Of a stretch of DNA of 64,000 bases, positions 29,877 to 39,498 are shown in pieces (the first letter of the stretch is position 1; every line of letters starts with the position of its first letter). The stretch is from positions 192,001-256,000 of the forward strand of contig JALGVJ010000001.1 in the NCBI GenBank assembly GCA_029838195.1. The letters run 5' to 3'. A program made the translations under genes and the position numbers. The notes beneath the pieces were generated by a model. The model had not been told where the DNA came from. It saw only the letters and a program-made list of their open reading frames with translations, and did no database searches. Origin of the DNA: Promethearchaeota archaeon (GTDB lineage: Archaea > Asgardarchaeota > Lokiarchaeia > Sigyniarchaeales > SOKP01).

Positions 29877-30347
29877 ATGAAAAAAAGAGAAGATTTATCC
29901 GTATATGACACCCGACATTATCCCGTTCGCCCGCAAGTTGGCGTCGGTATTTTGCTAATCCGAAATGAAAGTTTATTATTAATAAAAAGAAAGTTCAACC
30001 CTGATAAAGGATATTGGTCCATTCCTGGTGGCCACGTGGAACTTGGAGAGAAAGTAAAAGACGCGGCCGAAAGAGAGGGATTCGAAGAAACTGGACTGAA
30101 AGTAAGAGTAACTAAATTAGCTGGAATTATTGATAAAATCATGCGGGATAAAGAGGGAAACATTGAATACCATTATGTATTAATTAATTATTTTGTAGAA
30201 CAAGTAGAAGGTGAGCTCGATCAACCCCCTGTTGCCATGGATGACGCATTAGAAGCTAGGTTTGTTCCCTTTAACGAATTAAAGAAGTATAAATTAACAG
30301 AATCCTTGATCGAATTGTTAAAACAACTGAAAATTGGATTTGAATAA
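29877..30347 (+). CDS. NUDIX hydrolase (ADP-ribose pyrophosphatase-like)
   Basis: Nudix box GGHVELGE....AAEREGFEETGL; ATG start preferred over TTG 29865. Confidence 0.9.
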   Translation: MKKREDLSVYDTRHYPVRPQVGVGILLIRNESLLLIKRKFNPDKGYWSIPGGHVELGEKVKDAAEREGFEETGLKVRVTKLAGIIDKIMRDKEGNIEYHYVLINYFVEQVEGELDQPPVAMDDALEARFVPFNELKKYKLTESLIELLKQLKIGFE

Positions 30348-30405
30348 AAAAAGAATGAAAAGCTTAATTTTAAAAAAAAGCGGTATCAACCAAATTCAAG
30401 GTAAT

Positions 30406-31317
30406 TTACGATTTAAAAAATATACCCCGAACAAACTCCGCAATTTTCTCTATTCCTTCTTGCCCTTCTGGAGCGAAGGCTGCAAAAGCTGGAAATACAT
30501 GAATCATGTCTTCCCATACATCTAAAATAACCTTTACTCCGGCTTTTTTTGCCTTCTCTGCAAAGCGAACGGAATCATCTAATAAAATTTCTCTCGTACC
30601 TACTTGTAGGTATAGAGGAGGTAATCCCTCTAAATTTCCATAAAGAGGGGATGCTAAAGGATTGGTATAATCCTCATCTCCTAAATAAAGCCTCGCATCA
30701 AACATTAATTCATCAGGTGAAATGAAAGGGTCTATTTTCAAGTTCGTTCGAATAGAATCTCCGGTATTTCCTAAATCTGTCCAAGGAGAGAAACAAAATG
30801 CCGCCGCCGGCAAATCAAGATGTTGTTCTTTTAAATTTAATAAAAGAGCCAACGTGAGCCCTCCTCCTGCCGAATCTCCACCAATGATGATCTCATTTGC
30901 CTTGAATTTTTTTATCTCAATTAGCCATTGATAGGCGGATGTTGCATCTTCTAAACCCTCTGGAAAAGGATGTTCGGGTGCTAAACGATAATCGATGGTT
31001 AAAACCTTGGTTTTTGTAAATCTTGCTAACCTTGCCGCAAGTTCTCGATGACTATTAAGAGATCCGCTAATATATCCTCCACCATGAAGATACAAAGTGA
31101 TTTTATTCTCAACGCTTTCTGGAGCCACGATCCATTCCGCCTCCATCTCATTTATTTTGACAAGTTCTACTTTTATATCTTTTGGTATTTTTGCCAATTT
31201 TGATAATTCTTCTAACCCATCTCTTGCTTGTTTTACTCGTTGTTGAATTGCTTGTTGCTTTCGTTCTTTTAAAATTTTAATGACAAATTGCATTCCTTTG
31301 CTTACTATTATAAACAA
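30406..31317 (-). CDS. Alpha/beta hydrolase, hormone-sensitive-lipase-family esterase
   Basis: HGGG, GDSAGG, E in REILLDD, HVF. Confidence 0.92.
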   Translation of the reverse strand: MFIIVSKGMQFVIKILKERKQQAIQQRVKQARDGLEELSKLAKIPKDIKVELVKINEMEAEWIVAPESVENKITLYLHGGGYISGSLNSHRELAARLARFTKTKVLTIDYRLAPEHPFPEGLEDATSAYQWLIEIKKFKANEIIIGGDSAGGGLTLALLLNLKEQHLDLPAAAFCFSPWTDLGNTGDSIRTNLKIDPFISPDELMFDARLYLGDEDYTNPLASPLYGNLEGLPPLYLQVGTREILLDDSVRFAEKAKKAGVKVILDVWEDMIHVFPAFAAFAPEGQEGIEKIAEFVRGIFFKS

Positions 31318-31459
31318 CCTCCAACATGCTACATGCTTTTTTCCATATAAGAATTACGGTTCTTTTATTTAAGGTATTTTAAAATTCCAAATAAAATTTT
31401 TTAATTTATTAACATAAATTTCTTAATTTTTTCTACATTGAGTTTATTGACAGAATTTA

Positions 31460-32179
31460 TTGGGTATTAGAATCATGGAAATTTTATCAAAAGTATCTTG
31501 GAGTGGTCCGGCGTTAAAATTAATTTCTTATGTTCATGAATTAAACCCTTCAAGTTCCGTCTTCATGATCATTCGTCATTCAGCAAGAGAAGAATCGGAA
31601 GATATTCAAAAGATATTAAATGCTCCTTTAACAAAGCAAGGAAAAAAAGCGGCTTTTGAATTCGGACAATCCTTACCATCTCATTTCACGTATCATTTCC
31701 ATCATAGCATCATTGAGCGTTGCAAAGAAACAGCTTTATGTATCGAAAAAGGAGTTCGGTATAATGGAGGCAACACGAGATATCAAGGCAATTTAGAAAC
31801 CTTGACTCATATCAAGGGAAATTCGGAGAAAATTATTGAATTTATTGGAAGAGATCAAGAAAATTTCATGCGTTATTGGATGCAAAATCAGTACCCCCCC
31901 GAATTAATTGAGCCACCTTTAAATTTAGCTAAAAGGACTGCTTCAGAACTCATGAAAATTTTTCAAAATAACCATTCGCCATCTACAATTCATGTATTTG
32001 TCACTCATGATATTCACATTCTTATATATTTATTTTATTGGGCAAAAATTGAAAAATTTGAAGAATGGGTTCAATATCTCGAAGGGTTTATATTACAATT
32101 AAAAGAAAATAAATTGGAAGTTTATCATGAAAGAGGAAAAAAAGAATTAAATTATCCCGAGTGGTGGACTTTTTCCTAA
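31460..32179 (+). CDS. Histidine phosphatase superfamily protein
   Basis: IIRHS, PLT..G, S...RC.ETA, VTHD; start may be ATG 31475. Confidence 0.8.
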   Translation: MGIRIMEILSKVSWSGPALKLISYVHELNPSSSVFMIIRHSAREESEDIQKILNAPLTKQGKKAAFEFGQSLPSHFTYHFHHSIIERCKETALCIEKGVRYNGGNTRYQGNLETLTHIKGNSEKIIEFIGRDQENFMRYWMQNQYPPELIEPPLNLAKRTASELMKIFQNNHSPSTIHVFVTHDIHILIYLFYWAKIEKFEEWVQYLEGFILQLKENKLEVYHERGKKELNYPEWWTFS

Positions 32180-32389
32180 TTCAATTACTTTTCATGAAAA
32201 TCGAAGTAGATTTACCCCTTTACCCCATGACTACCAAAATAAACTAAGAAAAAATAAAAATAAATCCAAATAGCTTTAAGCTTTATTTTTTATTATACAA
32301 AATAATATTAATTTAATACTAATAATTTTAGTGTAATAGATATTTAATTTAATGTAACGTAAAAGATATTGAGAAAAAGGTCGTGAAAC

Positions 32390-33697
32390 TTGACCACGTT
32401 AATGAAACTGGCACGAGAAGGAAAAATTACTCCTGAGATGAAAATTGTTGCTCAACATGAAAAGGTAGATGCCGAATTTATTCGAAGAGGAATTGCAAGC
32501 GGAAGGATCATCATTCCTAAATCAAATCGACGAAACTTAGAGAATCCAATAGGAATTGGGGAAGGATTGTTGGTAAAAATTAATGCGAATGTGGGGTCCA
32601 GTAAAAAAGTATGTGATGTTAATAATGAATTGGAAAAAGCTAAAATCGCAGTGAAATATGGTGCAGATACCGTCATGGATTTAAGTACGGGCATCACGGA
32701 AAGAGATATTATTACCATTAGAAATAACATATTAAGGGAAGTAAACGTTCCTATTGGTACTGTTCCTATTTATCAAACTGCATTGAGAGCAATAGAAAAA
32801 AAAGGAGCAATCGTTCACATGGATGAAGATGATATGTTTAATGTCGTGGAAGAACAAGCAAAAGAAGGCGTTGATTTTTTTACTATCCACGTGGGCGTGA
32901 CCAAAGATTTAGTAAAGTATTTAGTGGACCATCCCCGAACAATGGGTGTAGTTTCTCGCGGAGGCACGTTTTTAGCAGCTTGGATCTTGGAAAATGAAAT
33001 GGAAAATCCTTTCAATAGAAGATATGATTATTTACTAGAATTGGCAAAAGAATATGATTTCACTTTATCATTAGGCGATGGCATGAGGCCGGGAGGAATC
33101 ATGGATTCAACGGATTACGCACAAATTCAAGAACTTTTAGAAATATCCAAATTAGTGAAAAGGGCTTGGAAAGAAAATATTCAAGTCATGGTAGAAGGGC
33201 CGGGGCACATTCCGGCAAATGAAGTGGAAAGAAATATTAATATCCAAAAATCCTTATGTCATGGGGCACCGTTCTATGTTCTGGGCCCCCTCGTTACCGA
33301 CATTGCACCTGGTTATGATGAAATCGTGGCTGCTATTGGAGGTGTATTAGCAGGCTTGGCGGGCGCTGATTTCTTATGTTATCTAACACCCTCCGAACAT
33401 CTTGGCTTACCAAATTTAGAAGAAGTAAAAAGAGGCGTTATAGCATCAAAGATTGCAGCTCATGCTGTCAATATTGCCCGCTACGGTAAAAAAGCCTCGC
33501 AATGGGATGAAAAAATGGACATTGCTCGAAAAAACCTGGATTGGGAAGCAATGATCAAGTTGGCCATCGATCCTGAGTTAGCTCGAAAAATACACTATAG
33601 GGATGAAAGCTCGAAGGATGATAGTGTATGCAGCATGTGTGGTGAATTTTGTGCCATAAAAATGCTAAAAGAAGCGTTGAAGAAAAAACAATGCTAA
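32390..33697 (+). CDS. thiC: Phosphomethylpyrimidine synthase
   Basis: KINANVG, DTVMDLST, SRGG, EGPGH, C-terminal CSMCGEFC; adjacent to thiDN. Confidence 0.95.
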   Translation: MTTLMKLAREGKITPEMKIVAQHEKVDAEFIRRGIASGRIIIPKSNRRNLENPIGIGEGLLVKINANVGSSKKVCDVNNELEKAKIAVKYGADTVMDLSTGITERDIITIRNNILREVNVPIGTVPIYQTALRAIEKKGAIVHMDEDDMFNVVEEQAKEGVDFFTIHVGVTKDLVKYLVDHPRTMGVVSRGGTFLAAWILENEMENPFNRRYDYLLELAKEYDFTLSLGDGMRPGGIMDSTDYAQIQELLEISKLVKRAWKENIQVMVEGPGHIPANEVERNINIQKSLCHGAPFYVLGPLVTDIAPGYDEIVAAIGGVLAGLAGADFLCYLTPSEHLGLPNLEEVKRGVIASKIAAHAVNIARYGKKASQWDEKMDIARKNLDWEAMIKLAIDPELARKIHYRDESSKDDSVCSMCGEFCAIKMLKEALKKKQC

Positions 33698-35130
33698 GCT
33701 CCTCGCATTTCTAAAGTCTTCTCGGCAATTTTTATAATTTTCTCCAGTTTTAAGAGCATTTCTCTCGAACTTTTGCCAAATAATCTCATCATGGGCTCCT
33801 TTCCCATTGCGCCCGTATCCCAAATTATATCTGGAATCGTGCCTGTTTTTCTCATGCTCTCTTTAATTAACCACTGCATGGTAGATTCGTCTTTTTTTCT
33901 TACTTTTTCAGGCTGTTCGCTTCTTTTTATTTCATGCAAAACTAAATCCGATTGCTCTTTTAATAAATCAATTAATTCGGGATAATACTTTAGATTCATG
34001 ACAAAATTGATGGAAGGGTCATGAGATTTTGCGGTTAATAATAAGCGTGCAGTATGATCAGAGGCTCCAAATTTTATTTCTCCACAAGCATGAGGAAAAC
34101 CATTAATTACCGTGACCCTGCCTTCAATTCCTGCCACATCCGATTTAGTTTGCGCATTCGGTAAAGCACCAGAGATATTCATTCTTACTTCAGGAATCAG
34201 CTTGCTAAAACTCCTCTTGCTTGAAATATACGAATATAATTCCTTTATCTGATTCATTAATCGCACATGATCTATTGGAAGCGTTAAATCCAGGGCTTTT
34301 CCTCCTTTAGGATCTTCAATAAATTGTTGAAATCTCTCATCAAAATACAATTCAGCACTCTCAATGGCCACTTTCAAGGAGGAGCCTCTTGCTAAACTCG
34401 CCGCGATGGCAGAAGCGAAGACACATCCCGTACCATGAACGTTTCCCTTTATTTGAATGTATTTTTTTTCATGGAGCTGAAATTCTGTCGTAATCTTATT
34501 TTCCTTTCTCGTTCCAATCATGCTAACATCAAAGACATTGTCTTCTCTTTTTAACGCAGTCTTGATTATTACTGCTTTTTCTCCATTTTGAATCGTTTCT
34601 TCTTCTTTAAATAGAGGCATCATTGCTTGTAGCAGTTCGCTTGTTAACTTTTTAAGATGGTCCATGTTTTTAAAATCCAAATCTCTTGAAATGCCCGAAA
34701 ATTTCCTAGCTTCCTTTAAATTTGGTGTTATTACTCTTACTAACGGAAATAATATTTTTTTCATGGATAATTCTAGATTTTCCGTGGATAATCTCTCTCC
34801 GGCACTCGAAACCGTCACGGGATCTAAAATGGCGTCTAAATTGTACTCCTTAATGTATTTAGCAAGAATATTTAAACATTCTTCATTCGGAATCATCCCT
34901 ATTTTAACATGTTTCACGGGATAATGTTTTAATACGGCATCCAGTTGGCGTGTTAATTGTTCTCTTGTAAGAGGATGATATCCATGAAACACCTTGAACG
35001 TCTGGTAAGTCACGGCTGTAATGATCGAAAAAGGATGAACTCCAAGCCGATCACAAGTTCGAATATCGGCACTTACTCCTGCTCCGGAAGAGGGGTCAAA
35101 TCCACCTATGAGAAGACATGAAGGTTTCAT
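33694..35130 (-). CDS. thiD: HMP/HMP-P kinase fused to ThiN thiamine-phosphate synthase (ThiDN)
   Basis: GFDPSSGAGVSAD, KIGM, ITPN, HGTGC; C-terminal LIPEVRMN, FGASDHTAR, GKEPM. Confidence 0.9.
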   Translation of the reverse strand: MKPSCLLIGGFDPSSGAGVSADIRTCDRLGVHPFSIITAVTYQTFKVFHGYHPLTREQLTRQLDAVLKHYPVKHVKIGMIPNEECLNILAKYIKEYNLDAILDPVTVSSAGERLSTENLELSMKKILFPLVRVITPNLKEARKFSGISRDLDFKNMDHLKKLTSELLQAMMPLFKEEETIQNGEKAVIIKTALKREDNVFDVSMIGTRKENKITTEFQLHEKKYIQIKGNVHGTGCVFASAIAASLARGSSLKVAIESAELYFDERFQQFIEDPKGGKALDLTLPIDHVRLMNQIKELYSYISSKRSFSKLIPEVRMNISGALPNAQTKSDVAGIEGRVTVINGFPHACGEIKFGASDHTARLLLTAKSHDPSINFVMNLKYYPELIDLLKEQSDLVLHEIKRSEQPEKVRKKDESTMQWLIKESMRKTGTIPDIIWDTGAMGKEPMMRLFGKSSREMLLKLEKIIKIAEKTLEMRGA

Positions 35131-35160
35131 AAATAAAAAAGAGAATTACCTCAAAAAAAC

Positions 35161-35736
35161 TTATTTAACCCTATCAAACGCCCATTTCGCCTTATCCACC
35201 AAGCCTAAGGCTTCATAAGATTTTCCTAAATAATAAAAAGCGTCGGGAAAATTAAAATTCTCCTTTACCAGTTTAAATAAAGAGCCTATTGCCAGATCAT
35301 ACCGTCTTCGAAAATAATTAATTTTCCCCCGTAAAAAAAGCAATTTTTGTTTTTGGTCCTTAGATAAGTGGGTTTCATTATAACCATTTAGCATGGCAAG
35401 AGCACTATTATATTGTTTTTTCTCGATCATGAATTCTAAAGCTTCTATAAATTTTAAAAAGCGAATCTTCTCCGTGATTACTTCAATCTTCTTTGCAGCT
35501 TTCTCTTGCGCCACCCGTTTCTCTTCTTCTAATCTCTCTTTTTCAAATTGTTTCAGATAAGTTTCATATTTAGCTAAAACTGATGGGGGATAAGGTTCAT
35601 GACAAACCGGGCAGTTCTTTGAATGTACATACCATTCTTTAAAACAGTGCTCGTGCGCCACATGGCCATTCGGACAAACAACTGCACCATTTAATGAACT
35701 CTCAACCTCTAAATAACAAATTATGCATTTCGGCAT
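35161..35736 (-). CDS. RING-H2 finger + coiled coil + TPR protein (putative E3 ligase)
   Basis: CIIC...CPNGHVAHEHC..W.....CPVC; C-terminal TPR PDAFYYLGKSY. Confidence 0.82.
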   Translation of the reverse strand: MPKCIICYLEVESSLNGAVVCPNGHVAHEHCFKEWYVHSKNCPVCHEPYPPSVLAKYETYLKQFEKERLEEEKRVAQEKAAKKIEVITEKIRFLKFIEALEFMIEKKQYNSALAMLNGYNETHLSKDQKQKLLFLRGKINYFRRRYDLAIGSLFKLVKENFNFPDAFYYLGKSYEALGLVDKAKWAFDRVK

Positions 35737-36008
35737 TAGATAGCTCTCCTTACTCTTCTAATAATATTTTCTCATGCCTATTTATAAACTAATAATAAAA
35801 TTATGGGTTTTTAAGAATTTGCTATTCAACAAGCAGTGACATATCTATTATACTACTAATATTTTTTACCCTCCTTTTCTCCTCGTCCTCATGACCTCTC
35901 ACGAAAAATGATCCTCATTTCTAATTGAATATCATGTCAAAGTTTTTTTACAATAAATTTTATATTCTTCACTAAAAGAATCACGAATTTTATTGTTTGA
36001 ACTTTATC

Positions 36009-37559
36009 ATGGTCTTAAATAGAAATCAAATTTTTTCCACTCTGTTCAATAATTTTCTCTCCGAAAAGAATGAAGTCGTTGCTGTCATTCTCTCTGATGA
36101 CCAAGGGCTCATGCTCGCAGGTGAAAAAAGAAAAGAGCTGGACATGGAAATCATCGCCGTATTAACTAGTATCATTAATCCCATATTACAACGCATCCGA
36201 AATGAATTTGCTTTCCAAAAATTTGGCTCCGCTTCCTTTGATACGAATAAATATCGGTTGCTCTTTATTTCCATTGATGAATTCACCACGCTGAGTCTGG
36301 TCTTAGACACGATGGCTTCAATTGATAAAATTGCGCCTTATGGCTATTTTCTTGCCGAAAAATCAGCTCAAATTCTCGAAGCTACCGATGAGGACATGAT
36401 ACAAGTTTCCATACCGAATTTTGAACATGAAGCGGAAGAAAGTGAAAGGTTAAAAAACCAAATTTATCAATTGCGCTTAGATCATGGAGGAAAATATCGA
36501 TTCAAGTTCATTATAATTGGAGATCATGAGGTTGGAAAGACCTCGCTTATTAAACAATTTGTAGAAAAAAAATTTTCCCATGATTACCGCGCTACAATCG
36601 GAATTAACATAACCACACACTCAATTCAACTATTCGGGAATGAGATTATATTTTCTTTGTGGGATATCGGAGCTCAAGAATATTTTAGACGTTTTCGTCG
36701 AACATATTATAATGGAAGTAAGGCGGCGTTTATTGTATTTAGTTTAACGGATGAAAAATCATTTAAAAACGTGAAAACGTGGTTTGATGAATTAATGGAT
36801 TTTCTTCCCACTAAAGACATTCCCATTATTATAGTTGGGAATAAGATGGATTTGGAAGATCAGCGGGTAGTATCTTATCAAGAGGGTGTGAAATTAGCCG
36901 GTAGTTTGGGAATGAAGAGAATTTCATACATCGAGACATCTGCGCTAACGGGAGCCAATGTAGAAGACGCATTTTCTCTCATTGCCTTTAATTACATTCA
37001 AAAAATTAGAGAAAATGAAGAAATACGGCTTCAAGAAGAGCTTTTAAAAGAATTGGACCTCATTTTAGAGAAGAAAAAACCGCTCATTTTGGTATTCATC
37101 ACGGAATCGGCTTTCTGGAGTCCAGGGCTTCAAATCATGTGTGAAACTATGGGAATGGGTCGGTGCGTATATTCTGAAGATAAAAAAGAATGGAGGATCT
37201 ATGAGTTCTCCAACGGTTTAATTGTAAGAAGTCATTTACCGGCTAACATGAAAGTAGCTGATGCGAATGGCATCTTATGCATTTTTGACGCCCGAGGAAA
37301 AGCCCATGCGGAGCCGCGATGGCGGGAAATAATTATTAGGATCATGGAAGAAGTGGAAGAAAACACCGTGATCTTAGTGGGGATACACGTTAGCAGCGAT
37401 ATTAATTGGTCTCAACTTTTAGAAGAATTGGACGTGAGTGATTATCTCGAAAAAAAGATGGTCTCGGTATTATTTTTTAAAATAGGGTTCGAATATGAAT
37501 TAGAAATTTATGATCAGCTAAAAGTAATGCTTAGCACGATTAATTCACTCATATTTTAA
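36009..37559 (+). CDS. Roadblock + Rab-like GTPase + degenerate GTPase-like domain fusion
   Basis: VVAVILSDDQGLML (roadblock); GDHEVGKTS, ATIG, WDIGAQ, NKMD, ETSA; C-terminal ANGILCIFD...W...VILVG without a P-loop. ATG start preferred over TTG 35997. Confidence 0.82.
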   Translation: MVLNRNQIFSTLFNNFLSEKNEVVAVILSDDQGLMLAGEKRKELDMEIIAVLTSIINPILQRIRNEFAFQKFGSASFDTNKYRLLFISIDEFTTLSLVLDTMASIDKIAPYGYFLAEKSAQILEATDEDMIQVSIPNFEHEAEESERLKNQIYQLRLDHGGKYRFKFIIIGDHEVGKTSLIKQFVEKKFSHDYRATIGINITTHSIQLFGNEIIFSLWDIGAQEYFRRFRRTYYNGSKAAFIVFSLTDEKSFKNVKTWFDELMDFLPTKDIPIIIVGNKMDLEDQRVVSYQEGVKLAGSLGMKRISYIETSALTGANVEDAFSLIAFNYIQKIRENEEIRLQEELLKELDLILEKKKPLILVFITESAFWSPGLQIMCETMGMGRCVYSEDKKEWRIYEFSNGLIVRSHLPANMKVADANGILCIFDARGKAHAEPRWREIIIRIMEEVEENTVILVGIHVSSDINWSQLLEELDVSDYLEKKMVSVLFFKIGFEYELEIYDQLKVMLSTINSLIF

Positions 37560-37591
37560 CGTGTTCAATTCACTCATATTTTAACGTGTTC
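37542..37591 (+). repeat. 25-bp perfect tandem duplication spanning the stop codon
   Basis: AATTCACTCATATTTTAACGTGTTC x2. Confidence 0.92.
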
Positions 37592-37844
37592 AATGAGGGC
37601 GTGAAAGAGAAAAATTATTGGAAAAGCAAGGTTTGGTATAGAAATTAATTTTAAGAAATAACATGTATTTAATTTCAAAGAGCATCAACCACGAGCTTGT
37701 TATACCTTATTCTTTATTCCATTAAAAGGAAATGCTCCTGAAGATAAATACAGAAAAACAAAAGAGAAAAGGAGCAAGAATTCTAAAAAAAATGGAGGTG
37801 AAGAATGCAAAAAAAGTTTAGTTTTTAATGCCCCCCTCGAAAAA

Positions 37845-38786
37845 GTGAGTAACCCTAGTACAAATCATTTAAGTTCAGTCAGGCACTTGCTAAAAAAATC
37901 TTCCACATTTAAGGAGAAAAGTGGCGTAAAAGATAGTATTGGCTCTGAAAATACATTCAAGAAAGAGAAATCAGACTCAGAGTCTTTTGAACATGTTCGG
38001 ATCAAGAAGTTTTTAAGGGATAATCTCCCCTTGCACAATGATATAACTGTAATTGCCGAAGAAAAAGTATTTGGTACGAGACGTGCTGATCTTTATTTAC
38101 TATTAAAAAACAAAAAGAAAATCACAATTGAGATTCAGCATTCTCCCATGACTTCAAGGGAGTTGCTCAAGCGTACTACTGATTATACGGCTCAAGATAT
38201 TCACGTGTTGTGGATTTTTAACGGAACCACTTTCTCAAGATACCCTTTCCTCCAACATGGGATTCAAATGACACGGCTTGAAAAACTCGTCCATCACTTG
38301 TACAATGGAAGGATCTATTACGTGAATGCTTTAGAAGAAGGACTAGCCACTTCCATTTACCCCCTTCACTTTGCTCCTTTTCAAGAAACTCAAAAATTAA
38401 TGCATGGATTAGTATATTTTAAGCGATCTCATCATAAAAAATCGGTAATTCCGGGTAAATTGTCCTCCCTCAAATTACTTACCTTCCGACATGAAAAATT
38501 AAAACTTGCCCGATTTACCGACGAAAATGTGAAAATAACATGCAAAAAAAAGCTCCTTTCTTTTATTAATAACTTCAAACTCGCTGAATTCCAAAAGGTA
38601 CATGAAATTTCACCCTCCTTGACCGATATCGAGAAATTATTGTTCATGATAATGAGAAAATATGAACATGAGTTTGGAATCCATTTAATCTATGATATAT
38701 TAAAACAAATACGCCTCTTGAAGAAAAATGAGTTTTATTTCTTAAAAACCATTTCAAGATATAACCGGAAAAATTTTCAAGGGTGA
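37845..38786 (+). CDS. CoiA-like PD-(D/E)xK nuclease-family protein
   Basis: ES.EH..IK, RRADL, IEIQHS, RT.DY...I.VLWI; start uncertain. Confidence 0.75.
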   Translation: MSNPSTNHLSSVRHLLKKSSTFKEKSGVKDSIGSENTFKKEKSDSESFEHVRIKKFLRDNLPLHNDITVIAEEKVFGTRRADLYLLLKNKKKITIEIQHSPMTSRELLKRTTDYTAQDIHVLWIFNGTTFSRYPFLQHGIQMTRLEKLVHHLYNGRIYYVNALEEGLATSIYPLHFAPFQETQKLMHGLVYFKRSHHKKSVIPGKLSSLKLLTFRHEKLKLARFTDENVKITCKKKLLSFINNFKLAEFQKVHEISPSLTDIEKLLFMIMRKYEHEFGIHLIYDILKQIRLLKKNEFYFLKTISRYNRKNFQG

Positions 38787-38919
38787 ACTTAAATTAAAAA
38801 TTATAAAAAACAATTACATGAGAGCAAAAGAAAAAAAAGAATTTAAAAAAAATTAATAGGATGTAAAAAAAAAATTATTTAAAAATTAAGATTTAAAAAG
38901 TTTCCCTTGAACCACTTCT

Positions 38920-39345
38920 TTATCCTTCTAAATCTTCAAGGAAATCGCCGAACATGGCTAGAATTTCTCCATACGCAATGGCATCTTGTAAATTTCCTTC
39001 AATCTTCAAATCTCCGGACATGTAGGCGCTTGTAGAATCAATTTCCCCGCTTCCAAGTCCGGCCCACGTTGCTGCTGTAGCACTCATTGTCACGGTTGGC
39101 TCCTCTGCTTCTCCTTCTCCATATTCAAACTTCCCTTCTCCTAATTTTATCCAGAACTTGAAATCGGTATCACTATAATTATTTTGAACTACAATCGTGT
39201 CTAAATCTTCCAGTTCCTCCTTAATTTCTTCATCTTCCTGAGCAATTTGCTTGTAGACTTCAAAAAGAGTTAACGCGTCTCTCGGTTCGGCTTGTCCTTT
39301 ATCTCTCATTTCCGCTAATTTTTTTAATAATTCTGCATCCACCAT
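38920..39345 (-). CDS. SCP2 (sterol carrier protein 2) lipid-binding domain protein
   Basis: PTVTMS...W.GL.SGE.D..SAYMSG.LKIEG; SD GAGGTGA. Confidence 0.88.
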   Translation of the reverse strand: MVDAELLKKLAEMRDKGQAEPRDALTLFEVYKQIAQEDEEIKEELEDLDTIVVQNNYSDTDFKFWIKLGEGKFEYGEGEAEEPTVTMSATAATWAGLGSGEIDSTSAYMSGDLKIEGNLQDAIAYGEILAMFGDFLEDLEG

Positions 39346-39498
39346 TTTATTCCCTCACCTCATATGAAAGGATATAAATTTTAACTTTTTAAATAAAATT
39401 TCTGTTAGATGATTAGTATTCTTTTTTTTTAATTAATAAAGATTTTGCCTATCCTTAGGAGGTTCTTTAACCTTCCTTCCTCATGAAAATTATCTTAT

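Noticed and set aside
32180-32389. TPP riboswitch or ThiR operator upstream of thiC
   Set aside because: No riboswitch core is visible; only a weak AT-rich inverted repeat (ACTAA-N5-TTAGT) indistinguishable from background
32390-33697. BzaF/BzaAB (benzimidazole synthase) instead of ThiC
   Set aside because: Adjacent to thiDN and far from the cob operon; cannot be fully excluded without a tree
37845-38786. CoiA-like nuclease as the cognate restriction enzyme of the methyltransferases
   Set aside because: 27 kb away and of a different family; nothing links them
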